Shown here in pieces: positions 47,145-59,269 of a DNA stretch of 64,000 nucleotides. Below the pieces are notes generated by a model. That model was given only the letters and a program-made list of their open reading frames with translations. It made no database searches and had not been told where the DNA came from. Each line of letters starts with the position of its first letter. The first letter of the stretch is position 1. This DNA comes from Felis catus (Eukaryota). The DNA is taken from positions 116,934,001 to 116,998,000 of the forward strand of contig NC_058373.1 in assembly GCF_018350175.1 (NCBI RefSeq). Reading direction: 5' to 3'. Both the position numbers and the translations under genes were made by a program.

Positions 47145-48411
47145 AAGCAAAGATGTACCTAAAGACACTTCAGTATTATTTGTAAGACAAAAGACCAGAG
47201 AAGCAACCCAAATGACCTTCAGTTGGAAACTTAACAAATAAATAATGGCAAAACACAAAAAGAAAAAAAAATTTACAAAGCCCACATTTAACTACTAGGT
47301 GAATCTGCCCCTCAATAATGATGAGAAGACCCAGTGATAGTCGTGGCACCTTACAGAGAGATGTTGAGTTTTGTGCTATTTTTATAAATTACTTGCAAAT
47401 CGGACTTATTTTGAGTCAGAGAAGCAGACAGAGCAGGTGTTATCCTTCAGTGTAGATGGACAAAGAAATAGGGACGCTGTGGGGTTGAGTAAGTTGCCCA
47501 ATATAATAGTGAGAAATGACTGTGGCCTGGAACACAGTTTTATGGACCCTGTGCCTGGTGCTCTTCATGATGCCCAATATTTAGAAAAGGGACGTCTGTG
47601 GAGGGGGTGACCCCTTCCTCTGGGAGAAAGGACAAGACCAAGGAGTTATTTTTTAAGTTGACATGGACGGGGCCCCCTTGTGATGGTGTCACGGCTTGCT
47701 CTGCTAGCAGGCTGGTTTCTCGGGCTCCTGGTGAGCCATGCCTTCCTCTTGCGTCCAAGGGAGCAGACGGATCTGGACACTTTCACCGCTGGTACCGAAT
47801 GTCTAAAATAAAGGCAATTCCCTTTGATACCTACCCTCTAACCAGCAGTTGAGGAAGCCATGGGATCACTCTGTGCCTTCCGGCCTCAGAGTAACAGAAT
47901 CACGTCTGCTTTCCCCTACGGTGGGGTTTGCAATCCTGACTGCTCACTGGTTGGACCCGTCTGGGAGAAGTATGTTTTGGAGCTGGTGTATACTAGCTCA
48001 TAAAAAAGAATTCTGAAATTTTCGGAAATTTTGTGAACCGGTAGTTGAATATACCTATTATGAAAAAGTAATTATATAAAGGTATAGTTAACTAAGTTAC
48101 ATTAAAAACAACACTTAACACTTCCTAATTATTTTACTCTTATCTGTACTCTCAAGGTTATTTGCATCTGTTGTATTTGCATAGTGGAAATGCTATATAA
48201 TGCTATATAATGGTATATACCTGTTCATCGTCTTCCCAACTCCAGGGCTCAGTGATGGCATGTTGCTAGCTAGAAATTGTGGGAGTATTTACACTATCCA
48301 AACTGGCAAATACTGCAATTAGGGCTTGATCTATTGTCTTGTTGATTATCTAGACTTAAAAAGATGATAGAAAAATGTCAACAATGCAGATTAAACTTAC
48401 AAGTATGTCCT

Positions 48412-49592
48412 AAAACAAGTAATAAAATGGCAATAAATACATATGTATCAATAATTACTTGGAATGTAAATGGACTAAATGCTCCAATTAAAAGACATAG
48501 GGTATCAGAATGGAGAAAAAAAACAAGACACATCCATATGCTGCCTATAAGAGACTCATTTTAGGCCTAAAGACACCTGAAGATCGAAGGTGAGGGATTG
48601 GAGAACCATCTGTCATGCAAATGGATGTCAAAAGAAAGCCAGAGTAGCCATACTTACATCAGACAACTTAGACTTTAAGCCAAAGACTCTAATAAGCAAC
48701 GAAGAAGGGTTCTATATCATAATAAAAGGGTCTATACAACAAGAAGATCTAATAATTGTAAATATTTATGCTCCCAACATAAAAGCACCCAAATACATAA
48801 AAGAGTTAATAACAAACATAAAGGAACTAATTGATAATAACACAATGATAGTAGGGGACATTACCACCCTACTTACATCAATGGACAGATCATCTAAGTG
48901 GAAAATCAGCAAGGAAACAATGGCTTAGAATGACACACTGGATCAGATGGATTTAATGGATATATTCAGAACATTCCATCCCAAAACGGGAATACATACT
49001 CTTTTCTTTCTTTTTTTTTTTAAAAATTTTTTTTAACGTTTATTTATTTTTGAGACAGAGAGAGACAGAGCATGAACGGGGAGGGGGGCAGAGAGAGAGG
49101 GAGACACAGAACAAGAAGCAGACTCCAGGCTCTGAGCCATCAGCCCAGAGCCCGACGCGGGGCTCGAACTCACGGACCGCGAGATCGTGACCTGAGCTGA
49201 AGTCGGACGCCCAACCGACTGAGCCACCCAGGCGCCCCTACATACTCTTTTCAAGTGCACATGGAACATTCTCCAGAATTGATCCCATATTAGCCCACAA
49301 AAGAAGCCTCAACAGATACAAAAAAAATTGAAATAGCTTTTCTGACCAAATGCTATGACACTGGAAATCAACTACAAGAAAAACTTGGAAAGACCACAAG
49401 TACATGGAGGTTAAAGAACATTCTATTAAAGAGTCAATGGAAAGGAAATCAAGAAAGAAATTAAAAAATACATGAAAACAAATGAAAATGAAAACACAAT
49501 GGTCCAAAGCCTTTGGGATATAGCAAGGCAGTCCTAATAGGGAAGTTTATAGCAATACGGGCCCACCTCAAGAAGCAAGAAAGATATCAAGT
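48412..49592 (+). mobile_element. Internal L1 fragment: ORF2 start and endonuclease domain, degenerate, no poly(A)
   Basis: MAINTYVSIITWNVNGLNAPIKRHRV; KKARVAILTSD; IVNIYAPN; stops and frameshifts. Confidence 0.93.
49002..49238 (-). mobile_element. Felid SINEC_Fc
   Basis: TSD tacatactctttt. Confidence 0.95.
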
Positions 49593-50065
49593 TAAAATAT
49601 GTCCTGTTTGTAACCATTACATTGTGAATAACACAAAAAGTTGAGGAAATATACCTCCGGCATTGAAAGTCTCTCATGTTTTGACAATCAAGTAAAATTC
49701 TGACATTTTTTGCATTTCACTTTCATTTTCCTTATTAACAAATAAAAATATCAACCAACATTCGTGTCTGAACTACATTCATTTGTCAGCTGCAACCACG
49801 TGCTAACTGGGAATGTAAGAGTTCACTAAAAATCAATGAAAGCATTCTGTGCGAATTAATTGGCTAAGTGGAATTTACAACAAAGGGTATTATGTTTTAT
49901 TTTTATAGCTAAATTGTGAACTACACATCCTTTATATTACTAACATTTATAATAAGCTTTTATAGGTATACCAATACAGATTTTTGTCTTTTGGAGAACT
50001 GGTTGTTAAACATTACCACCAGACCACTATTGCCTAGGAACCTAAAAATCACTAATACCTGGAAA

Positions 50066-53000
50066 AGAGTCATCAGCAAGATGGTGGAATAGAAGATACC
50101 AGTCTTTGCATCCGATATAAAACAACAATCAGACAGCTATCCATGAACAAAAATAGCCCTTGGAGGGCTCAAATCCAACTAGGAACTTGCAGCAACACAG
50201 TGGAACATCAACAATAACAAAAAATGGAGAATAACTATATAGAAAGGGTTGCTCAGGAGGTCTGCATAGCTTAAATATCTGGAAATGGTTAGGAACATAG
50301 AAGAATAGGGTTTCAGTATCATAGGCGCTACTGCATTTCCTAGTGGCCTGCTCATGATGGACCCTGGCTCTCTTTGTCATTGAGTACCTCAACAGCCCCT
50401 GAGATAGCCACAGACTTCCTGTAGCTGTCACAGCAGAGGACCCCATAGTGTTTGTTGGTATGGACTCCAATGGCCTTCTCCAAAGAAGACACCTACACCT
50501 TAACCACGTAACCAACAATTATAATTGCTTATGGACCCCTTTGAGAGGGAGATGCTACCATTTCCTTGCCCCAAGAATGAGCTGCTATTGTGCCATCCTG
50601 GACACGGGGCTGACATCCTTCCAACCAGCTCTACATATGCACTGGACCCAAGGGCTATGGCTTCTCTGTGTGCACCTGTCCTTATTTACCAGACCCGCTG
50701 TCACTGTGGGCTAACCTGTGACTTGAGTTAGTTCTGGACTCCAGCTTTGTGACTCCTCCGTGTGTGCCCACACTGGGGAAACTAGAGCCACAGGTGTGCC
50801 AGCACCCTGAACTCTGGAGCCATAATCACTCTGCTCGTACCCCCACTTAGGACCCTGGCTCCATCGCCACTCTGAGAGTACCTGTGTCTACGGCACTGGG
50901 CCACCACCTCAATGGGCACATTTACATCCTGAACCCCAGAGCCATGGTTACTCTGCACACACCAGTGCTTAGGACATTGGCTCTGCACCTACTCTGGAAG
51001 TGCCCACCCAAGGGCACTGGAGCTACCTGTGGGAGGACCTGGACCAACTGTAACTCTGCATGTGTCTGTGCTCTAGACAATGGCTCCATGGCTGCCTGAC
51101 GGGTGTCTGTATATCGGACACAAGTGCCACCACCACTGGGAACACACTCAAAAGCCAGAACTAGTGCCAGAGGGATTCCCTTGGTCACAAATTCCCCTGC
51201 GGGAGAAAAAGAGATCAGGAAGAGCCCAGAACCCTTTGCCATCAAAGACCTCAAGAACTCTTACCGTTGCTATGGTCACCTACAGGGTTGGCTGCTGAGG
51301 ACCCTTGCAATCCTTGCAAACACTGGCCTCAGCTGATGCAGAAGCACAAGACTATACCACTGTGCCCTCCTTGGAGCAGGAACGGCCACACCCAATCCAT
51401 AGGTAAAGGTCTTTCCCCACTGAAACCAGTTTATAAAGTCTAGAAGACATGACTGCTATATTGAACGCATAGACATCAGCATAAGGCTACAGAAACATGA
51501 AACATCAAGGAACCAGGAGACTCCCAAAGAACACAGTGATTTTATGGTAACTGACTCCAAAGAAATGGAGATCTATAACTTGCTGGACAAATAATTCAAA
51601 ATAATTATTTAAATAAAACTCAGTGAGCTATAACACAGATAGGCAACTCAACAAAATCAGGAAAATGATCTATAAACAGAATGGTAAGTTCAACAAAGAA
51701 ATAGAAATCATAAAGTAGAACAAAACAGAATTTCTAGATCTGAAGGGTACAATGAGTGAAATAAAAAGTACCCTAAAGGGCACCAATAGAAGCCTTGATC
51801 AAGCCAAAGAAGGAATCTGAAAAAACTAAGAGATTAGTTTAAGATTAGCCAGTTAGGGGCGCCTGGGTGGCTCAGTCGGTTGAGCGTCCGACTTCGGCTC
51901 AGGTCATGATCTCAGGGTTCGTGGGTTTGAGCCCCGCATCGGGCTCTGTGCTGACAGCTCGGAGCTGGAAACCTGCTTCCGATTCTGTGTCTCCCTCTCT
52001 CTCTGCCCCTCCCCTGCTCATGCTGTCTCTCAAAAATAAATAAATGTAAAAAAAATTTTTTTTAAATTATCCAGTTAGAGGAACAAAAGGGGCAAAGAAT
52101 GAAAAAGAATGAAGAAAACCCACCAGTGAAAGTAACAATCAACAAAATGAAAGGCAACTTATGGAAACCATATATCTGATAAGGGATTACTATCCAAAAT
52201 ACATAAGGAACTCATACAACTCAATAACAAAAAACTCCAAATAAGCCATTTAAAAATGGGTGAAGCACCTTCATAGATATTTTTCCGAAAAAAAGACATA
52301 GGACAGGTATATGAAAACATGCTCAATATCACTAATCATCAGGGAAAATGCAAATCAAAACCACAATGAGATATCACCTATACTTGGTAGGATGGTTATT
52401 ATGAAAAAGTCAAAAGACAAGCGTCAGCGAGGATGTGGAGAGAAGAGAATCCTTGTGTACCATTGGTGGACACGTAAATTGATAGACTCACTAGGGAAAA
52501 CGGTATGAAGGGTTTTTGAAAAATTAAAAATGGAACGGCCATATGATCCAGCAATCCCACTTCTGGGTATATATCCAGAAGAAATAAAATCACTACCTCA
52601 AAGACATAGCCAAACTCTCATGTTGGTTGCAGCATTAAATTCACAGTAGCCAAGACAATATGGAGACAAGCGAAGTGTTTATTGACAGATGAATGGATAA
52701 AGAAAAGGTGATACGGATAGATCTACCTACCCACAGTGGAATATTATCGAGTCCTATAAAAGAGGAAATCCCGTGATGCACAACAAAATAGGTGAACCAG
52801 GAGGATATTTTGCTATGTGAAATAAGCCAAACAGAGAAAGACAGGTACTGCATTATCCCACTTATATGTGTTACCAGGGTAGGGGAAAAGGGGAGATGTT
52901 TGGCAAAGGGTATAAAATTTCAGGTGATGAATGAATTAAGTTCTGGATATCTAATACACAACATAATGACTATAGCTAATAATAATGTATTGTGTACTTG

Positions 53001-53204
53001 ACTGACAGTAGACCGTAAGTGTTCTCACTAAAACAACAACAACAACAACAACAAAGATATCTATGTGAGGGGATGAGTACGTTATCTGACTTTTGCGGAA
53101 ACCATGTGACAATGTATATGCATATCAAAACATCTCAGAAACCTTAAATATATAGTTTTCATTTGTCAATCATACCTCACTAAAACTGCCAAAAAAAAAA
53201 AAAA
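50066..53204 (+). mobile_element. L1 (L1MA9-like 3' end): 5'UTR and ORF1 start joined to ORF2 end and 3'UTR
   Basis: caagatggtggaatag 5' start; ORF1-like 51497-52120; ORF2 C-terminus from about 52124; poly(A) 53191-53204; degenerate TSD. Confidence 0.82.
51856..52065 (+). mobile_element. Can-SINE
   Basis: TSD atta(g/t)ccagttag. Confidence 0.95.
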
Positions 53205-53706
53205 TGCGAACACCTGGATCCTGTTTCCCAAGTTCCAATGTAACAGTTTCTGACTCAACAATTACACCAGCCTCGGGTGACTGTAATGTGCAGCTAAGGC
53301 TGGGAATTAGTGCTACAGAGATTTTCAAAATTGAATTCTAGAAAGTGTAGGTTGGGCCAGTGGACCAGGACTGGCTTCCTAGGAGATGAAGGGCTCAGAC
53401 GAATGCAGGGAAGCTTTACCCTCTGAGACACAGCCAGCCTGTCTTCAAGGAATGATATGCAAACTCCTAGGCCTCAAAAAGAGTCCAGCTATGGCAGGGA
53501 GGGAAGCTTGATATAAATGAAATAATGATGAATAATGCGGAGCTTACAAAACTAAGCTCCAGATTATGGGAAGAGGAAGAAAGTGTGACAATTGATTTGT
53601 GCATGTTGGCAATTGTATACTATCAGAGATCTTATTGGAGGAGGCCAGAAGTAGCCCAGGGCCAAACTTAAGGAGGTTACACTTCTAACTAATAAAACAT
53701 ATTAAA

Positions 53707-53708
<2 letters not shown>

Positions 53709-53740
<32 letters not shown>
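53709..53740. repeat. (CA)n microsatellite
   Basis: Direct reading. Confidence 0.95.
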
Positions 53741-53742
<2 letters not shown>

Positions 53743-55199
53743 CCAAGTGAGTGCCAGAGGCTGAAATATCTTTTTGGAAGAATGTCTGCCTAAATCAATA
53801 GCTTAATTGTTCTCATGAAGAATCTCTTATTTTTTCCCCTTTGGTTTTAAATTATTCTTTACACTCTTTCTTCCTATCAACTCCTTTCTTTGATCTTACA
53901 ATAAATACATCTTACTCATTCTTACTGAAAAGAATCAGAGTAACTCCACGTTCTTCCCAAGCCTCCTGAGAGCCAGCAGACTGCCAAGAGGCTGACCAAT
54001 GAGTTCAGGATGAGGCTCTCAGGAAGGTAGAAAACCAGGGCTAGAGGTTGCCAGGAAATAAAAGAAAGAAAAGAGTGGTCAAAGGGTCAGCATGGGCCAA
54101 CTTCTTCTGATCAGACTCAGGTGAAATTCAAAGAGACGTACAGAGAGAGTGAAGCCTACGGGGGATTGCTGGGAGAGGTGGCAAAAATCGCCCTCTGCTC
54201 TGACTCATAAGTCTCCACTGCTCTGACATCCCTCACAGGCTACTGTAGGGAGTGGAAAATGCAGAGCAGTCTAGATTGTTCTACAAGAATCCTCCATCTT
54301 CTATAACACATTAAGACTTATTTCAGTGCTGTGCACACTTGAGGTGTTTTAAAGAGAGAAGGATTGGGCAAGAAATTGGAAAAGGCACTGGTGACAGGCT
54401 GCCACTTATCCCCTATATATTAATTCTCTTCTTTCTTATTAACACAGCTGCCATTTCTCAAGTAGGCAAATGATTATCTAGAATAAAACCCACTCTGCTG
54501 TTTGCCGAGGCTTTGTGGCAAAGTTCTGAAAATAAGACAAGGTTGTGTGAGATTCTAGAAAGTGTCCTTACAGTGAGGGTATGCATTCTTTGTCTCTTCC
54601 TCCTTCTTATCGACTGGGATGAAGACATAAAAACTGGAATGTTGGCAAGGATCTTGGTCTTGACGATGACAAAGAGCGAGATGGCCAGAGTTCGAGTTGC
54701 TGGTAAGCTCTTGTCACTCCCAGAGGATGGAGTGCTTGGAACTGATATGTGAGGACTCTCAAAAGTAAATGATAGTAGGAAGATTGGGGAAGAAGACCAG
54801 AATTCCAAGAATCATCCTATCAGTGATGAATTTTCCCCCCCTTTTCTTCTGTTATCCCCCAGCCAGGACTCAAGGTGCCCTGAAGCCAGAAAGTAGACAC
54901 CAACGCATGGACATGAGGACTCCAGTAGAAGTCCTTTAGTTCTGGCTTGAAGAGCAGTAAAGGGGATTCCTAACATATTAAGAAACCTTCTTTGTTTTCT
55001 CCATTCTCTTGTGCTCTAGCCCCAGAGCAATCCCGTGACAGTGGTGGTAAGAACAGTGACAGTGGCAGCAGTGGAACCTGCAAGTACCTAAAACGGAAAC
55101 AGGGAAACTTTCCTCTCTGATCAAAGGAGCTGTGGTACCAAAAGTGTAAGTAAAGTAAACTTGCATTTTGTTCTGTCTCTCTGACTTTCTGCTACTTAA

Positions 55200-56730
55200 C
55201 TTCTGTTATAGGTGCAGTTTCGGGAAATATGCAGCAGAGGAGAATAACAAAAGCCCCAGTTTTCTGGACTGCAGACCATAAAGAGGAGCAGCTGGAAAGC
55301 AGAAAGTACCAGAAATGTGACCGGGGTGGGAGAACTTGGGAAAAAAGTCCCATAAAGCTCCTGGCTTCACCCTCAAGTTGTGCATACAAGGACCTGACCC
55401 TGATAGCCTACCCTAGACATGAAGAATGGGTTACTGGGCAGGCCACCACCTAAGTCCCAGACTAGCCATGGGTGGCAGTCGTAACTGACAGATATCAATA
55501 ACAACGCAAAGACTTTGAAAACAGAACAACGGCATTACATTCTACAGAAGACTGGTCAGCACTTGATGCCTGAACCCAAACAGATCTATATCCTGGCGAC
55601 ACAAAAATACCAATGTTGTTGATGGTATTTAAACAAGACATGGAGTCTCATAACATAGTATTAAAGATGTCCAGAATACAATACAAAATGATTTGGCACG
55701 CTAACGATCAGAAAAATCTCAGTGTGTATGGAAAAAGACAATCAACAGACCCTAATCCTGAAATGACATAGATGTTGAGATTATCAAAGACTTCAGAGTA
55801 GCAGTTACAAGTTGCTGTGAAAAGTAAGAATGACTTTCTTTTTTTTTTTTTTTTTAGGGAATGGAAAGATAGACTCAGAGAAGAAACAGAAGATATAAGA
55901 AAAAAATGGATGTTTTAGAACTAAAGATACAATAAGTGAAATAAAAATGTCACTGGGTGGACTCCACAGCAAAGTGGACGTGACCAAGGTAAGCATTAGT
56001 GAACTTGCTATCTAAGTGAACTTGGATAGAATAATACCAATTATCCAACATAAATTACAGACCGAAAAAGATTGGGAAAAAAAAATAACAGAGCCTTGGG
56101 GACTTATGGGACAATACCAAAAGGTCTAACAGGGTCCTAGAACATAAGAAGCAAGCATAAGTCACAGAAAAAAATATTTGAAGAAATAGTGCTGAAAGCT
56201 TCCCAAACGTCTCTGAAGACATCAATCTACAGATTCAAGAAGCTCAGCCAACCTCAAACAAGATAAACGTTAAGAAATCTATGTCCAGCTACATCATAAT
56301 AAAAAACTGCTGGAGACTGAAGACAAGTGAAAAAAAAAAAATCTTAAAAGTAGCCAGAAAAAAACAACACATTGCTTATAGTGGGAAACATTTCGCGGGA
56401 CTACGGGTTTTTCATCAGGACTCACAGATGCCAGGAAGAAGAGGAGGAGCATCTTTTTTTTTTTTTAATTTTTTTTTTAACATTTATTTATTTTTGAGAC
56501 ACAGAGAGAGACAGAGCATGAACAGGGGAGGGTCAGAGAGAGGGAGACACAGAATCTGAAACAGGCTCCAGGCTCTGAGCTGTCGGCACAGAGCCTGACG
56601 CGGGGCTTGAACTCACAGACCGCGAGATCATGACCTGAGCTGAAGTTGGCAGCTTAACCGACTGAGCCACACAGGTGCCCCGAGGAGGAGCATCTTAAGG
56701 TGCTGAAAGAAAGTAAGTGGGAATTCAGAA
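55200..56730 (+). mobile_element. Old L1 5' region / ORF1 (L1MC/MD-like)
   Basis: cagagccttggggacttatgggacaatacc, aaaatatttgaagaaatag, acagattcaagaagctcagc ORF1 motifs; left limit uncertain. Confidence 0.75.
56454..56681 (-). mobile_element. Can-SINE
   Basis: TSD gaggaggagcatctt. Confidence 0.95.
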
Positions 56731-57634
56731 TTGCATTCCTGGGATAAACCAAACTTGCTTAGGACAGCGTCTTGGTTTTCTAACTTTGATGGATTTGGTT
56801 TGCTAATATTTTGCTTAATTCCCACCCCCCAACTATGCTCATGAGAAATAGTGATTTAGAATTTTCCTGTCTTGTGTTTTACTTGTCATATTTTGGGTTC
56901 AAGATTATGTTGCCTTATAATACAAATAGGGGAGTGATCTCTCTTTTCCTATACTTGGTAACAGCTTGCATAAGACTATTTTATGTGTATTTAAATTTGT
57001 TTGGTAGAATGAGTTAGGAAGCCATCTGGGGCTCAAGTTTTCTTTATGGGATTTAAAAAAGTTGATTAAATTTCCTTAATGGTTTGAGGGCATTCAGCTT
57101 TTCTATTTTCTCTTGCATCATTTCTGGTAAGTTACCTTAAGTATTTACCCATCTCATCGAAATTTCCAAATTTGTATAGGCACAAAGTTGTATATCTCAT
57201 TTTTTATTTTTAATGGCTGCATCATCTGGATGTTGTTTTCCTTTTTATTCCTAGTATTGTTTGTTTTGCTTTTTATTACTTTTCTTAGGAGTCTTTCCAG
57301 AGATTTTCTTTTTTCAATTTTATGAGTTTTTAAGAAATCAGCTTTTGGTTTTGATTTTCTCTATTTGCCATTTCATTATTTTCTGTATTTATTTTTATTA
57401 TTTTCCTCCATCCTTTGCCTTTGATATGATCTTGCTAGCCTATTTCTAAATATTTACCTCATTTTCTACCTATAGCTCAATAATTTCCAGCCTTGTTTCT
57501 TTTCATATATATACACGTAAGCATGTAAGGTTATAAATATCCTTGTAAGTCTGTTTTATTTTATTTCTTAAGTTGTAATATGTAGTGTTATTTTTATGAT
57601 CATTCATCTTGAAATAGTTCTAACTTCCTTTATG

Positions 57635-57870
57635 ATGGGAAACAGTCCAGCATTTGGATTACAAGTGTGGAATCTATGGCTTTACTGATTGAATCCAGCA
57701 CTGCCAGCTGTGTGAGTTTGGGTAAATCACTTCTCGGGAGCACTGGTTTCTTTGGGGGAAATGTAGAAAATAAGAATGATGTCTATCTTGAATGGATTTT
57801 TGTACAGATTAAGTAGAGCCTGGCACACAGTAAAGAGCAATGTAAGTATAAGCTGTTACATAGTAGCTGT
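57635..57870 (+). mobile_element. MIR
   Basis: ctgccagctgtgtgagtttgggtaaatcactt...gcctggcacacagtaaagagcaatgtaag. Confidence 0.65.
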
Positions 57871-58062
57871 TACTTCTTTAGTTTCTTTGTTATCACATTT
57901 TTTTCTGGTTCTACTTTACAATTTGTTTCTAGTTTTATTGCGTTGTAATCAGAGGACCTTTTCTGTGTGATTTCAATTACTGATGATCCGGTGAAATATT
58001 CCACATGTGTTTAAAAAGGCAGTATATTCTGCAGGGTTGAGTGCGGTGTGACAGTGTTTTGG

Positions 58063-58730
58063 TGTATCAGTCAGTATCCGCTCAGGAAAGTTGGAAACCA
58101 TTCTAGGTATTTCAGAGAGAATTTAATACAGGATATTGGTTACAAATTTTTTAGAAGAGCAAACAGATAGATAGAAAGACAGAAAGAAGGAAGGAAAAAA
58201 GGAAGGAAGGAAAGAAGGAAGGAAGGAAGGAAGGAAGGAAGGAAGGAAGGATGGAAGGAAGGGAGGATGGATGGAAGGAAGGAAGGAAGGAAGGAAGGAA
58301 GGAAGGAAGGAAGGGAGGGAGGGGCATTGGAGCTTATTAAAGATGGCTTTGTCCAAAAGCCCAGTATCCCTGTACATCTGAGGATGCTAAAGGACCCACT
58401 ACTGCCATTAGGATCACTGCTGTTGCTTTGCACAGGTAGGAGCCTGCACAGCGATAGATGATGGAGCCCAGCATCCAGCAGTGACATGGATTGCCGCTAA
58501 TAGAGTTGTCATCAAAAACAGAAAGAGAACAAAAAAGGCCTTCCCTTTTCCTCCTGCCTTATGATCTCTGACCAGTACCTCCCACTGGCAGAATATAAAC
58601 TGAAGCTAACTGCCAAAGGAACCTGGAAACATAATTTGTGGGATTCAAGCCTGTTTTGAGACAAAGCAGTGGTCCAAATGTTGTTCCAAATGTTTCGCAT
58701 GAAGCAAAAATGGAAACTGAATGACTGGCC
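58063..58730. mobile_element. Old MaLR-type LTR (MLT1-like)
   Basis: tgtatcagtcag...gaaaccattctaggtatttcagagagaatttaatacagg. Confidence 0.55.
58184..58323. repeat. (GGAA)n polypurine microsatellite
   Basis: Direct reading. Confidence 0.96.
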
Positions 58731-58859
58731 AACTTAAATGTGTTGTTCAAATCTTCTATATCTTTACTGCTTGTTTTTATCAATCATTGGGGTAATGGGT
58801 TGGTATATTTCTTATAGTTCTGTCAATTTTTCCCTTATTTGGATGCATAAAAATGTAAT

Positions 58860-59020
58860 GTTTTTATTTTCTTTTTTTAAATGTTTATTTATTTATTTTG
58901 AGGGGGACGGGCAGAGAGAGAGGGAGAGCAGGCCAGGGCTTGAGCCCACCAACTGTGAGGTCATGACCTGAGCCAAAATCAAGGGTCAGATGCTTAACCA
59001 ACTGAGCCACCCAGGCACCC
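58860..59020 (-). mobile_element. Older Can-SINE, internally deleted
   Basis: Tail and head present, middle missing. Confidence 0.88.
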
Positions 59021-59269
59021 TGCAAATTTAATGTTTTTAGAGCTTCCTGGTAAATAGAATCTTCTCTACAAATTATGAAGTGACCCTCTTTATCTCTAGT
59101 TAGCATTTCTGTCTTAAAGTCTATTACTGTGATGTGACAGCGTTTTTAGGTTGGGTTCCCTAAGAGCAGAGCCCGCATAGGGATTCTGATGCAAACTACC
59201 ATTTTACCCATTTTTAAGTGTCCAGTTTGTTGGCATAAAGTACATTCATATTGTCTGTAACCATCACTT

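Larger units (their letters stand above)
47966..50029 (+). mobile_element. MER63 (hAT-Blackjack) DNA transposon split by an L1 fragment
   Basis: acttcctaattattttac, gtggaaatgctatataatg, agggcttgatctattg in the left arm; gagaactggttgttaaacattaccaccagaccact right end. Confidence 0.85.
56731..59130 (-). mobile_element. Ancient L1 ORF2, antisense, interrupted by a MIR, an LTR and a SINE
   Basis: gcattcctgggataaacc, ggatttggtttgctaatattttg, gttgttcaaatcttctatatc. Confidence 0.7.
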
